The notes: a model not told the origin generated them from the letters alone. DNA of 64,000 nt from Lingula anatina (GCA_051362555.1 CM120640.1:61854788-61918787), one strand, 5' to 3'; shown: positions 11,501 to 24,345, numbered from the stretch's first letter. Program-made: numbers and translations.

Positions 11501-14500
11501 TGCAAAGGTTTGCAAATGGCCTTAGATCCAATATCAAAGATTCTTTCTGCCCCATGTTGCACACGTTAAAGCTGTTGGTGGTCTAACATTGCCTTGGAAT
11601 AGTTTAACTTATCCTGTCCTTATTCAATTTCAAACATTTGTACATCACGAAAACTTTATTATTATAGGCATACTTCGACTAATTACTTTAGTGATAGAAA
11701 AAAGTGAAACACTGCCTCAAGCATAGGATGAACATTGCATGTGCAAATACATTGGTTGTCATGGTGGTAATTATGTCTTATCAGTGGGAGTACATATTTG
11801 GTCAAAAACTCGATGGTACCAGCACATTATGTTAGTATAATATGGATGCACATTCAGAGCACGAAGTATATCTGACCTCCAGCGCAAACTTTAATGTAAA
11901 GTTGTGTTATTCATCAGGGTCACTCGTCAAAACGAAGGAGACCTAGAAGATAGGCCAGGCAGTACTTGATGCCTGTACATGATGCCATTGCCAACATCTA
12001 TTAACAGCAATTTCATAAGTTTAAGGAAAATAAAAGGAATATAATTTTTTGAGAACTAACACCCAACATATCGTAAAAAAAAGTTGGATTTCCGTTCCAT
12101 TTGGTTTTAAAAGAACAAGATATACATACACTGGGTTGAAACGCCACCTGTGTTTGACACTCCACTGGCTCCAGAGAAAAGTGTGGCACTGGCACGGGCA
12201 AAGGTGATACATTGTATCTGAGAGTAACATTGGTTATTATGCCAATAAGGTTTATCAGCGGGACAAGCACATCCAGCGCGGCATGGCAAAGTGCACGGCA
12301 CGCCAATATTGGGTTGGTAGCATGTAGATGAGCACTGAGAAGCACACTGCTGGTAGGTCTGTCCGCCAGTACATGCTGTAACGGAAGAAAATAAAAATAT
12401 AGATAAAACAACGAAAGAAATTGCAGAGATGAATGACATCATATGCTCCTCTTGATGTTTACATGAAGATAGTAAGCAATGTAAAACGGTTAATGATCTT
12501 TGATTAGACACGCTGTCAATGACACCCTAGTTAAAAACGTCTAAAAGCACCGGACAAAAAGACTAACATCAACGAAATAATACTGTAATCATTACAAACG
12601 TATTAAGTATTTCTAATCATTGCACGGAATGTTTTGTTAAAATTCTGTGTTCTTTACTTTAAACTTGAAAGGATAAGTATCGTTAACTCATCTAAGCTGA
12701 ATGTACACTGAGTGTCTAGTAAATTATATTAAAAAAGAATGAATTAAGTTAACACGCTGTTACAGTTCTAGAACAAAAGGGTATAAATTAATCATCAGTA
12801 ATAATTGACAGTATAGAAGTTGGGTTACACCATTTAGATATTTTCAAGCAGCATGCTTTCTGACAAGGATATAGATGACAGATAGCAAATAGATAAAAAA
12901 AAAAAAAAGAAGAAGATAGTAACACCACAGTTATGTCTACCTGTAAAGCAAACCATATTGTGAAACTGGTGATCATATATATTAATTCACATGTTAGAAA
13001 GTAATATTGCATATCTTATCTATAAATGAGGAAAATGATACTATGATGAACCTGCAATTGTACGGCACTGAAAATGCCATAGCTTGCATGGCAATTATGA
13101 TTCAACGCCCTTGCATCCAGTAATCCCAACTCATGCATTTCTTGTCGCCTTTAAATGTATATTGACGGCTAGGGAGACACGGTGGGTGTTGTTATCGCTG
13201 TTGTCGTTTCTTGCCCTTTAAAACTCCACCGCTGTAGCATAGACAGGACTTCGTGTACCCTGTATATTGTGTCACGTCACTGATGTTAATGGGCTCACTT
13301 CCAGCATTAAAACGCTACGTAATCTAACTGGTTATGATTGTATTAGAAAAAGGCATAAGCACACTTCTGCCTGATATTCAACCAATTTTCAAAGAGGTAT
13401 GAAAAAATACATTTAGATTGTTGGGAGTATTTGTTATGGGAAACAGAGTTTATAAATTATCTCAAAATGCGAAAGTTGATTTGCAATGCCTCCAAAACAT
13501 TTTCTTTGGTTGTCGATAAGTGTGTTAATAGGTATCCAAACATCAAAATAAACTCAGAAGTTAGTTAAATCATCTGCTGAATGTTGTACATAAATATCTC
13601 AAAGCTATTCAAACAGTTTTGTTATTGTCAGGCTGAGAGATGTCAGTAAGCACACGATAAACTGAGCTTACAATAGATGATTCCTCCCGTACCAGAAGAA
13701 CCAGGCGGACACTGATTTTCCTGGATGCACAATCCGTTATAATTGATAGGACGATACGATGGACACTGACAGCGTGGGACGCATGATTGAGTGCATCGAG
13801 GTCGCCTGTTTATGCAGGTGGCAGTGCAGGCAGACCCACACTGCGTGTATATCTGTCCTCCACTGCAAACTAAAACACGCTATTTGTATTTAACACCAGT
13901 AATGTTACAAATAACAGTTATAACATACAGATTGGTACAACAAAGACTGGTTCAGATACAATAGTGGTTGGCAGTGGAAATGCATGGAATTGTGTTTTTT
14001 TTTTTTAAGTATACGTGTATATGGTGGCTCTATATTTAATCCGTTTGTTCGTTAGATTTACTATTGGAAACGTAAAACCGAAATTAACATCTTCTGTTAA
14101 TTTTGCCCTATAAAAGTAAAGTTCATCAAAATATGTCTAAATTAGACTAAGATGACTAAATTAAAAATATTTCACCCTCAATTCATTTTCTTATCTCCCC
14201 TTCGCCAGATTTAGATGAGTTTCACCAGACTAAAGTTAAACCGATGTTACAAGTCCCATGCCTGTTAACTGAAGTGACATTCATTTTCTACAAGTTAACA
14301 ACCACCTCAATCGTCTGCATCCATTGGTGCTGCATCTATGAATAATTATCTCCATTTAGCTTTCCCTGTAAAATGCGTTTTCCATAAAACGAAAGTGTTC
14401 CACGACGGAATAGATAAACCATGTATTATAAAATTGTTCGCTTACATACGGAGCCGCTGTTCTGAGATGAGATCCAACGGATTCTACTTGGACACTGGTA

Positions 14501-17500
14501 CGCTTGGATGCATTGTCCATTGTGAATTACTGGTTTACTGAATGGACACTGACATCGCTGTACACACTGGCCCGTGCACTTGGGGTTTGGGTTGTCACAC
14601 GTGCGAATGCATGCTGACCCACAGCGAGTGAACACCTGACCACCGCTACATCCTACACCAAGTAAATGCAATCATCTGACAACTAGATTAATACACACAT
14701 TCTACACTACACAAGTCTGTGCAAGGTGGAGCAGTGTCTAATTGTATCTTATACCTTCCCGTGTAACAGCCGTTAATTGGTATCGGAGAACAATATTGGG
14801 GGGTTTAAGACGGTCTGTTATTATCAATCTGTGCAACTGTCTAGGAAATAGTATTTTTCCTGTTAAATCTCCGTTTTAATTACCACTTTCACCTTGCATA
14901 GACCTTCATGTCGATATGGAATATAGAGTCCAATTTTGGGGAAAAAAAACAAGGAAAACTTTAAAACAAAATACTGCTCTTCAGGGATTCACCGTTTTTG
15001 TACATCGTTCATTCAAAAATGGATTGTCCATTTTTGAATGAACAATGCGCAGTAAGAGTAAAAGGGGACAGTGTATGGGATTTCCGTGTTTTTAATAACT
15101 TTGGGATAGCCTTTAGTAATGTCCAAATGCACACTGGATCGTTCTTTGGAAAGAATACTAATATCCTGTTGCATAAAATAAAATACAAGAAAAACGACAT
15201 CGTTTATATGGCTTAACCAAAATGGAGGAGTGGTCCTACATGTAAAATTAGTACAAATATTATTGTATTTCGTCGCACCAAAATCCCGTTAACAGTCCCT
15301 ATAAAATTATTTGCGACCCATTTATATTCAACATACTTATTATATCAGAAACATTCAGGGTTTAAAGCATACTATCAAGATTCTAACTAAATTCTCTAAA
15401 TACTCTGTATTGTTCTTTTACCTTTTTAAAGGTATTAGTTAAAACTTCTATTCAAATATAATTCTAGTAGATTCTATTCATATACTCTACTAATAGTTTG
15501 GTTTAGATCTAGTACTGTATGACTACCAATGAGATCATACAAAACTAAGCATGCACCCAAATCTTATTCCTACACATTTTACTTTATATTTGGTTTTGAG
15601 GGGTTTTGACTATTTTCTAGATTTTCAGGGTAAAGATAAGCATCTGTCATTGGGCAATTCCCTGTGGTTGTAGGTATTTTTCAAAAGCACATTTAATCTA
15701 GGTCTATTTCTTAGAGCTTACTTGTAGGGGCGACCCCGGATATCCCGACATCGGTTCCACCTGGGCATTGGTTTTCTTCAACACACTGCCCATTGTGATA
15801 TATCGGTTTTGAAAATGGGCATTGACATCTTGCAACGCACTGCTGAGTGCAAGCAATATTCCTTCTCTGGCAGGTGCGGGTGCATGCTGAGCCACACTGC
15901 GTAAAAAACTGACCGCCGCTACAAGCTGAAGTAAGCAGGCGAATTCACAGACTAGCTTATAAGGGAAATGTTTTTGTGTCTTTGACTACACGTGTCGAGT
16001 GCATAAGCACTAAGTCAACTGAATTCATCTAGAGACACATGCTCAATTTTTTTCCATTTTTCCTATTGAAAATTAGATGACCCTTCATTTTATGGAGAAG
16101 CTAATAATGAACATAAAGGAAATAGTGCTTTTAATTAGCAGACATGTTCCATATCTAACTATACAAGGTTGATGTTTTTGCACGCACGATTGCAAGAAGA
16201 ACCACATATTACAAATACTTGACATGATGTTAATTGACAAAGTATATACGGGGCTGTGTACTTATACATGTGAGGGACACAAGCGGTAACAACATTTGTA
16301 CAAATGAATTACACATACAGGTTTCGTGTGCACATAAACGTTGGGCAATGCAACGTGTAGGTAATCAACTATGCCACGACATCGCAAACATTCAAATGAC
16401 AACTTACTTGTACCTGACCCAAGATTGTTTATACCGGTGTTAATTCCAGCGATGCTTCCAGAGGAACCTGATGGACATTGTGAAATGCACCTGTTTTGGT
16501 GAAAGAATGGGGCGGAAGGTGGACACTGACAACGTGCTACACACTGATTTCCCAGGTTGCACTGCTGGCTGGGAGAGGCACATGTTCTGGTACATGGCGA
16601 ACCACAGGTTGTATAAATTTGTCCCCCGGAACATGCTAAAAAGATAGAATTAAGATTTGACATAGTGGTTGATAGTTTGAGAGTATTTATGAGAAACAAG
16701 GTTTATTTTGCAATGAAAACGGGCTGTTATCTTCAAGGATAAGTCAATATATCTTGATTTATCAAACATTTGCATAGCCACAATGGTGTGAAGTTGTTCT
16801 TACTCTGACTGCCACTTATCAGCTGCCCGTTTGCATTATAAATTTGTCCTTGTTGACCGATACCTAAAAGCAAGTAGGTAAGGCCATGTTAAAGATATCA
16901 AATGTATCAATATTTTTCTTTTCATGCAGATACAAATACCCAAAATATAGTATTCCAATCGAGCATTATTATCTTGAAAATTATCATTTCATTTTGAATT
17001 ATAGCATTGTAGTTTGACTGTCACATTATATCTAGTTTGATTTATTATTAAAAGAACAGATAAAATTACCTATGTATCGTAATTTGAGCCCTACTGTTAA
17101 AATGGACACATACGTACCTTGATTTTGTCCAAACTGATTCTGGTTGAATTGATTCTGGTTCAATTGGTTCTGCTGGACTGAGCCTAGACGGCGTTGTTGG
17201 TTCAGTTGGAGTGCAACTAACATTGGAAAATGATCAGTTTACCAAAAAATGTGCAGAAATTCATTTTTTGGGTTATTCCTACAGATTACCTTGATCATTA
17301 ATTAAATTTTGAAGTGATAAGACCTCAAACAAATCTACGTTACAGGTCATTCATATTCACTGCCTGTGGCTTTTTTGTGATGTCGAGTTGGGCCCTGTGC
17401 AAATGTCGATTCTATAAATTCTACTAGAAAAACGCTGATCAACATTTTCACAAAGGAAACTTAGCATGCGACGAATGCACCATTCAATTAATGACTATAT

Positions 17501-20500
17501 AAATTGATATCCATGCACATTAAAAGCAACAAGAAGTATTTAAACAACTTTCTTCACTAATTTTAACTAACGTTGTCTGGTCTGTTCCCCGCATTGAGCT
17601 CCACGCCCATCTGAAAGAAGGGTACATGGGTTCTGTGTATCTGGATATTGGTCGCTTCTCCCGTACTCATCAGGTACACCCGTACCACGGGCACAGGACA
17701 TGGCGTTGGCCTCAAATCCTCCCAAACCGAGAGTACATTTGTAAAATATGCAGTGGTTGTTCATATCCTTGACAAATTGTCCGTCGCGCTGACATGGTGC
17801 CGCTGAATTCAGAAAAAAGAGCAAGTAAGTGGTGATCAGCATTATTGGTTTTCAAGGAAAATTGCAACATAATTTTTATTATGTCACTTTGGTATTAGGC
17901 CATCTATTTTATGCATCTGCCAAAATTTAAGTTAAATTAGTATACAACCGAGATAATGGCTTTTTAAATTTGAATGAAAGAATTAAACGAAAAACAATTA
18001 GCATAATGATTTTTCTCCGTATTTCTTTTCAAATTCAATCTTTATAAAGTTCATATTGTAAATCGCGTATAATGATCTTTTAGCTAATAAAAACACATCT
18101 CCTGTCAACTTGCTTTGCATTTGGAGACATGAAAAGACATTCCCGTTATACAAAACCCTACCCATCTTCTAAATTCCAACTCTTTTCATTATATTTTTTG
18201 ATAGTTGAGATATTGTTAACGTGACAAAACACGCCACGAGTTCAAGAAAAAAGAAATAAAACTAAACATTTTCAACGTCAACAGCATTACTTTGACCTTG
18301 ACGAAACCGCAAGTTCAGGTTTAATAGTCAATCAGCAACTTTTCCCGGGGGAAAACGCATAAGGATGTTATTAAATAAATCTAGGGATGTTATTAAATAA
18401 ATTTTATATTGTCCTTGTGTATTGGCACCAATTCTGTACACATTATGAATACGTCAGGATCATTTCCATAAGAACAACGATAAGGAGAAGACGATTCAAA
18501 ATTATAGGCTTTTGTTAATAGAGAATAGTGACTCATTAAAAGAAGGTGGTCAATTAAGGGGGTCTGCAGGTAAGAATTATTTGGCTACAGACACGATGTG
18601 ACACTACCACATTTTCTGTCACGCAAATGATATTTTAATCAAGCATTTGAGTGTTATCTCGTATATTCGATCAAATTTCTCACACAGGAGGAAGGGCACA
18701 ATGAAAATATGCGTTCATAACAAACTTGGTGCGTATGAAAAATATGTTGCGTATTTTCTAATTAAATAAATATAGTAATTATTTGCACCCATTATGAAAA
18801 TATTCTGATGAGGTAAACTGCAGCATTGATTGAAGTCTGTATGCAAAATAAAAGCCCTCCATGGAAAATTTGGATCTTAGCAATATGACCTTTTTATATC
18901 TGCAGAAGAATGGGCCTTATAAAACCTGGGTGGGAATTTATCGTTTGCAAGCAATCAGATTAAGAAGAAGAATAATAAGATTAAATCTACCACATTTGAA
19001 CTGCTCGATTGTGCCTTAGGTAATACAAGTAGAAGACTTCAGTCCAAAATTGTATTTGTCCTTTTTTTATCCCCTTGATATTATTACATGACAGTGTTGC
19101 GCGTTCTACCTTGCCTATTATTTGCACTTCTTTTGCCAAATACGGTGATGTTCTCAGTTAGAGAAAACTGGACCCCCCCCCCCCCCCACACACACACACA
19201 CACACACCTCGGAAGACAATTTCTGAACTTTTAAACGCTTACGGTGATAAGGTATCTTATTACAACTGGAAAAACGTCTTTAAGCGCAATTGTACGTGAT
19301 TAATCACAGCAGGGAAGGAAAACATGTTAATAAATCTTCTGAACAGGGATTAAATACAATGCATTTTCATTTTCTTTGAAATTTTCAAGAAATATCTGCA
19401 TGTCGTGACAGAAGTGTTCAAGTGGGTGTGTCGAAAAGTAAGCAACTATCCAAACATATTGACTTATCAATTAGATATCAACATGTCCATTGTGCCGGGT
19501 ATTGACCGACTGGTGGATCAGTGTGTAGGTAAGCCGCTTTGTATAAGTTACTCTCATATCAGTTTCCATCTTATATATAACAAGCTGGCCAATTACATTG
19601 CCATTAGAAAAGATTGAAAACGATAACCAGCGATATGGACACCGCGACTCCACGGAAATGGTCTTCAATTTTGTAACCACTTAACAGACGCTGTATAAAC
19701 TACGTGAGTGCCACTTAACATTTTCCGTTAACAAGGCCTAATTTATTGCATCGTTGCATGTACCGCTATGATGCCTATCTAACACCGGTATTTAACTGGA
19801 AGTCGTAATTTCCTTGCACATTTTAATCGTTGCTAATAGCTCATTGAGATCTGTTAAAGTATTATACATTAAAGGAAAAATATATTATATTATATTATAT
19901 TATATTATATTATATTATATTATATTATGATTTGTAAAGCTATGCTTTGTCACAAGCGAGAAATAGAGAATGAAACAATTACAGAGTTATTCAAATACAC
20001 TTTGGAACAGCTTTTTGAGGAAATCAGTGGAGATGGGGATATGCTCCTGGCGTATCAAATATTAAATTAAACCTAGTATGATATGTGAAAAACCAAAAGT
20101 ACATACAAAAGACAAATGAGATTTTTTTAGATGTTTTGATATTAGATATGATATTAAATATACTATGTATATTCAATTCTCTTGACAAAAATAACAATTT
20201 ATTTGATATCAACAATCAAACCACCTCTGACCGATTCACTTGTGACATGCTTTGGTTAAGTACCATATGGTTTATGAAGGCTTAATTACTATGAAAATGG
20301 TCACGATCTGACCGCGGTCACACGCTCGAGTTTATCAAGGTAGTCTCGTGCCAATTCGGAGCCAGTTAACATCCTATCAGTTTAACGCTTCGACACGGTC
20401 GGGCGATAATTATAAACCTCGACGGGGAAATAGCTGGTAAATCTTGAAACAAGCAGTTTGGTAACAGACCTGGTAAATAAACCAGTTAGACTTGCAAATA

Positions 20501-21466
20501 CTGCCTAACTGACTGGTGATTCAACTGAGAATCCAAACCGGGTTCTAAATAGGCATTATTTCATATATACTTACATCTCAAGCTTGTCGGTTGAAAGACA
20601 TCGGCAATGTTTGCGTGGAAAGGTGAATGGATTTTTTTACTTCTTTTGTGCAATTATAAATACATCATAATCCTTCCATTTTAACTTATTGTGAACTGTA
20701 GAATTCTGGCATAGAATAGAATGAAAAACGCGGTTGTGTCCCTAAAAGAAAGTTCCCAACACGTCATATAAGGATATTGCGACTTGTAGAGTTTCAAAGA
20801 AGTTAAAACTCGCGTGTTCTTTCTTTCAGCTTCATATAGAGAATATTGTGTTTAACAATAATAAGATGTAACAATAATACATCCAGACCAAATAAATCTT
20901 GTCAATCTTGAATCAAATTTTTAAAACGATCTTTTCAGAAGGCAAGGGTATTTAGTTTTCCATCAAAGAACAGTGAAGCAGTTTCAGATGGTGTATCAAA
21001 CAACTATTGACATATTACAGCCAAATCAAATAATTCCTTGGCGAGAAATACTACATGAAGCGTATTTTAATCGCGCTTTCGATATTTTTATTTAATTATT
21101 TTATTTACATGTTTATTTATTTATTTTATTTTATTTTTTGCTCATACTTAGCTTCACGTGAAGAACCATAATTTCGCTCTTTCCTACCGAAATACATTTT
21201 CATCTATTGTCATCATTTATCTCTGTATGCATAATCTCGAATCTCTGTTGTGTTTTCATTTCAGCTACTTACGTAGTTTAATTGTTTAAAACAGATCATT
21301 TACGCCTTACCATTGTTCTTAAACACAGTTTCATTTTAATATAAAAAAGACTGGTCTTTCTTCCTGGCTCGCATCATACAAGTCAGATGGTTCTACTGTA
21401 GATATTAGTTTTTGAAAAGAAATCTTACCTGGTGCCGGCTGCATGGAGATCCCACTCATCCCCTGC

Positions 21467-21501
<35 letters not shown>

Positions 21502-21648
21502 CAATCTTTGTTGCTGCAACAACAGCTGCTGCTGCTGTTGTACAGTAAGAAAGTTCTGTTGTTGTTGTGTAAACGGATTCTGTTGTGCAACAGTCCTGTG
21601 CACAACACAACTTAACAGCAACAGGAGGGAGAGTTTCATCTGACCCAT
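1..21648 (-). CDS. Gene A: secreted polyQ / CBM14-like / multi-TIL serine-protease-inhibitor-like protein (3' end outside window)
   Basis: Exons: 21648-21429 (signal peptide + polyQ), 17802-17572 (6-Cys domain), 17216-17118 (N/Q-rich), then TIL exons 16635-16408, 15925-15722, 14652-14446, 13869-13672, 12375-12130, 11172-10918, 10641-10387, 10140-9886, 9586-9332 (has a stop), 8933-8724, 8454-8200, 7654-7400, 6890-6636, 6098-5844, 5277-5023, 4574-4320, 4165-3911, 2863-2639, 2468-2259, 2010-1783, 1601-1374, 904-677, 220-<1. All internal exons have AG/GT boundaries, lengths divisible by 3 and phase 1. Each TIL exon has the 10-Cys TIL pattern. Confidence 0.88.
3015..3175. mobile_element. hAT-type MITE in a gene A intron
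   Basis: TIRs CATGGGCGTC(C/A)GCAGA and a perfect 8-bp target-site duplication GAAATTGC (3007-3014 and 3176-3183), with internal poly-C runs. Confidence 0.9.
3182..3299. repeat. Short foldback with internal direct repeat
   Basis: 3209-3241 is nearly the reverse complement of 3267-3299. GCCAGTTTAAGACTAAGTACTGTT occurs at 3182 and 3248. Confidence 0.65.
6275..6442. mobile_element. MITE inserted in one intron copy of the TIL array
   Basis: Imperfect TIRs CAGGTGCAGATAGAG / CTCGATCCGCCCCTG, flanked by CACTA on both sides. It is absent from the homologous introns near 5445 and 7060. Confidence 0.7.
17572..17802 (-). CDS. Gene A exon 2: divergent chitin-binding type-2 (CBM14)-like 6-Cys domain
   Basis: PCQRDGQFVKDMNNHCIFYKC...SCARGTGVP...NPC...QC. 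The C-x3-G-x-F-x2-D-x4-C-x-F-Y-x-C...C-x2-GT pattern resembles peritrophin-A. It is homologous to gene B exon 4. Confidence 0.65.
19881..19928. repeat. (TATAT)n microsatellite
   Basis: Read directly from the sequence. Confidence 0.9.
21429..21648 (-). CDS. Gene A exon 1: signal peptide and polyglutamine tract
   Basis: Translates as MGQMKLSLLLLLSCVVHRTVA-QQNPFTQQQQNFLTVQQQQQLLLQQQRLQQQQQQQQQQQQQGMSGISMQPAP. It ends at G|gtaag and has a TATA box upstream. Confidence 0.88.
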
Positions 21649-21655
21649 CGTGGTT

Positions 21656-21692
21656 ACTGAAATGTTCTTCTGTAAAATGTTTCTCTTTTATA
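21656..21692 (-). promoter_or_regulatory. Gene A core promoter: TATA box and initiator
   Basis: Minus-strand TATAAAA at 21692-21686 and an Inr-like TCAGT at 21660-21656, just upstream of ATG 21648. Confidence 0.6.
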
Positions 21693-24343
21693 GTGCTGGC
21701 TGGCGCCCGGTATTTCTAATTAAGGGGGTATGGCAGGGCAACAGCTCTTTATTATTTTCTTTGTAGAAAATATGCCGTTGACATTTTCTACTTATATTAA
21801 GATCTGATATTGAAATCGGTCATGAAATCATTAAGGATTTAGCTGTGTTTTACCCTCTCATGCCTCAAGAGACAACCAACCAATGCATCCATCAAGACAG
21901 GACTGTCTCTGTAGGAGCTGAAATATGGCGTGTCAGGAGAAGATGATCGTTACAATTACTGTAATTGAGAGTCAAATATCTCTCCATCAATTCTTTTCTC
22001 TCACAGAAAGTTAAGGAAGTGAATCCGTGATGATATCACGTTTAAGAGCGTTTTTCTCTTACTTTACGTTTTTAATGCAGTTCATAATTTTGCAAAACTA
22101 AAAAGTGAATAATCCAATTTAAAGATGCCCTGATGTACCGTATATTATAAACAATATATATAGCCTCGCGCTCTGGCTTTGACAGCGAATTGAAGTTGTG
22201 AAAAAAGGCGAGATGTTAGTGTTGGAGTTAAGATAAAGTGCTAAATAGCAGTGGTGACCATTTTATATTAACTTTTATTTTATGCTCATACAGATTTTAA
22301 AAACCCAGATATTTAAACATTTTCATCAACTTGCACCACAACAAGTTATATAAAGTATGGCAGTTTACATAGGACTGACACTATCACGCGTGTCTGATTA
22401 CGGTGCTTTGAGTCCCGATCAGGTATACAATTACCGTATTACGGACGAGATAGAATCAGCCGGTGTCAGGCACTCTGAAATTATAAGGTCTCATCGTCAG
22501 TTGATTTGCTTTACGAAACACGTATGACCTCCACAACCTTTATGTTCAACTAGCTTAACAAACGAAACAAGTTGAAAGTGCTATACGAGTGTATTAGATG
22601 AGCAGCTGTTCACCATTTAGAATGCCCTCTAGAATTTAAAACCCTACACAATTTTTATTGTGCCTCAACCCTTTTTTCTCTTTTTCCAGAATTATAAAAA
22701 ATTGGAATATTTCGAAGTCATGTAGTATTAATCATAACAATTGGAAAATGCCCCAAAGGCAGATTGCAGTAGCTGTAGGAATTTATATCACGAAACACGA
22801 TGCTTTTTCCTTTAGAGAATTAAAAAATATTTCCTTTTTCTCTAGTTCTATGTTCAAACTTTAGAAAAAAAATGGATGCACAGGCACATTAAAATTTATT
22901 TATTTATTTATTTTATTTATTTATTTATTTATTATTATTATTTTTTATTTATTTATTTTGGGGCGGGGGGGGGGGCATTTTTTTACTTTTGTATTTGATT
23001 TGTAATGAAAATTATATTTTCCATGCAGTTTTCTGTAGAAATAAGTGAAGACTCGGACACTGGCTGTGAGAAATAATTACACTTTTATCAGTTGACTTCG
23101 TGAGAAAGAAAAAAAAGGAAAGCATTTGAATAAATTGTTCTATAATTGCGGTAATTGAAAGGTCCTAATTCATTTGTTATATACCACTAATACCACCGTC
23201 TGCCTTTTAAGTATATGTCGACTGTGCCGTTATGACACGGTCGGTTGGGAGGAGAAAAGAAGGGGACAGTCCTTTAATAACATACATACATCATAGAATA
23301 TAAATAATACCTGTCGTGGACACCTTTACGTGAGCACCTTGCTAGGACGCAAGGTGGTGGAAATTTTTCCCGGCGAGCGTAAAATATATTATTTTTCTTA
23401 CAATAAAAAAGAAACAAATACTGGAATTAGCTCTTTGACATTACTGCTTTTGAAAGTGTCAATTTTCTCTATTTTATAATTTTATACACATTTTAATCAA
23501 AGTAGTACCCAATTTTATTGAGAGTATAATGAAATATAGCCATTCAGATTTGTATCGCGTATAATGTTAGTGTTACAGTTACTTTTCATCCATCCCACTG
23601 CTTAAATATAACCTTATCATAAATCAAGAATATTTTTCTCACATTTTAAACATTATACTGAAACAAACATTCTACTTTAAAAACTAAAACGATACTTTTT
23701 TATTGCTCAGATAGTAATTGTGGTTGAAACGAGGGTAATATTTGATTTCACATATTTTGGTACCTGTCTCTGATCGCGCGAGTGCATCCACAAGGCTTAA
23801 TTGCAAGACCGTGCGATTAGCTTAATATTTCTGTGTGAAAGAGAGTTCTTAAAGTCCTACTGAAAATCATGAGAAAAAAACAGTTAACATGCAGAATAAT
23901 TACGCTTTGGATCAAGCCTGACTTAAAAACTTTTAACGTCTTGAACAACACGGCATCGGAAGGAATCTCTGTCCTAGACATTTTTATGTAGAACCATCTT
24001 TATATGTCCATTGATAGGTTTGCTAATTAAGATCTCAACCCCTATTATACTTCTTTCGATAACTGGTGCCATTAAGATGCCATTGTATCCTGACCGTGCA
24101 ATTAAAGGCCCATACATGCGCTAGATACGTTAGAAGAAGGGAATATATATCTGAAAGTAGTTTTTAAACAATTCTGAGTGTCAGTTTGACATTATAATAA
24201 TATAACTGCTATATAAAGAGCCTATAGTTAGGTCATATATCAAAATGGTGATTGTGAGACTCGCGGGAAAAAAACTAGAAAATAACTCGTCATTTTTTTA
24301 GTGATTTGAGCAGGCAAATTAGGTAAGATACTGCTTCAGTATC

Positions 24344-24345
<2 letters not shown>

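Larger units (their letters stand above)
1..12375 (-). repeat. Tandem array of duplicated TIL exon plus intron units
   Basis: 16 near-identical exons (CTGGQTYQQCASQCSSTCYQPNIGVPCxxxCRAGCACPSDKPYWHNNQCYSQxQC + Gly/Ser/Ala linker; 228, 246 or 255 nt), 2 copies of a second type (8933-8724, 2468-2259) and 1 copy of a third type (2863-2639). Neighbouring introns are also homologous. Confidence 0.95.

Noticed and set aside
1-12411. CRISPR-like or prokaryotic repeat-array interpretation of the tandem repeats, and alternative-frame ORFs (…VLLNAHPHACNQTLAYRVIWRVV…)
   Set aside because: The repeats are 200-250-nt coding exons with GT-AG boundaries, not short repeats with unique spacers. The alternative-frame ORFs are shadows of the TIL frame.
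15059-15303. Decayed TTAA-type MITE (AAGGGGACAGTGTATGGGATTT / AAATCCCGTTAACAGTCCCT)
   Set aside because: The termini are too degenerate to call confidently.
21412-21643. Poly-Cys, poly-Leu and poly-Ala/Thr ORFs (metallothionein-like appearance)
   Set aside because: These are antisense or alternative frames of the CAG/CAA polyQ tract of gene A exon 1.
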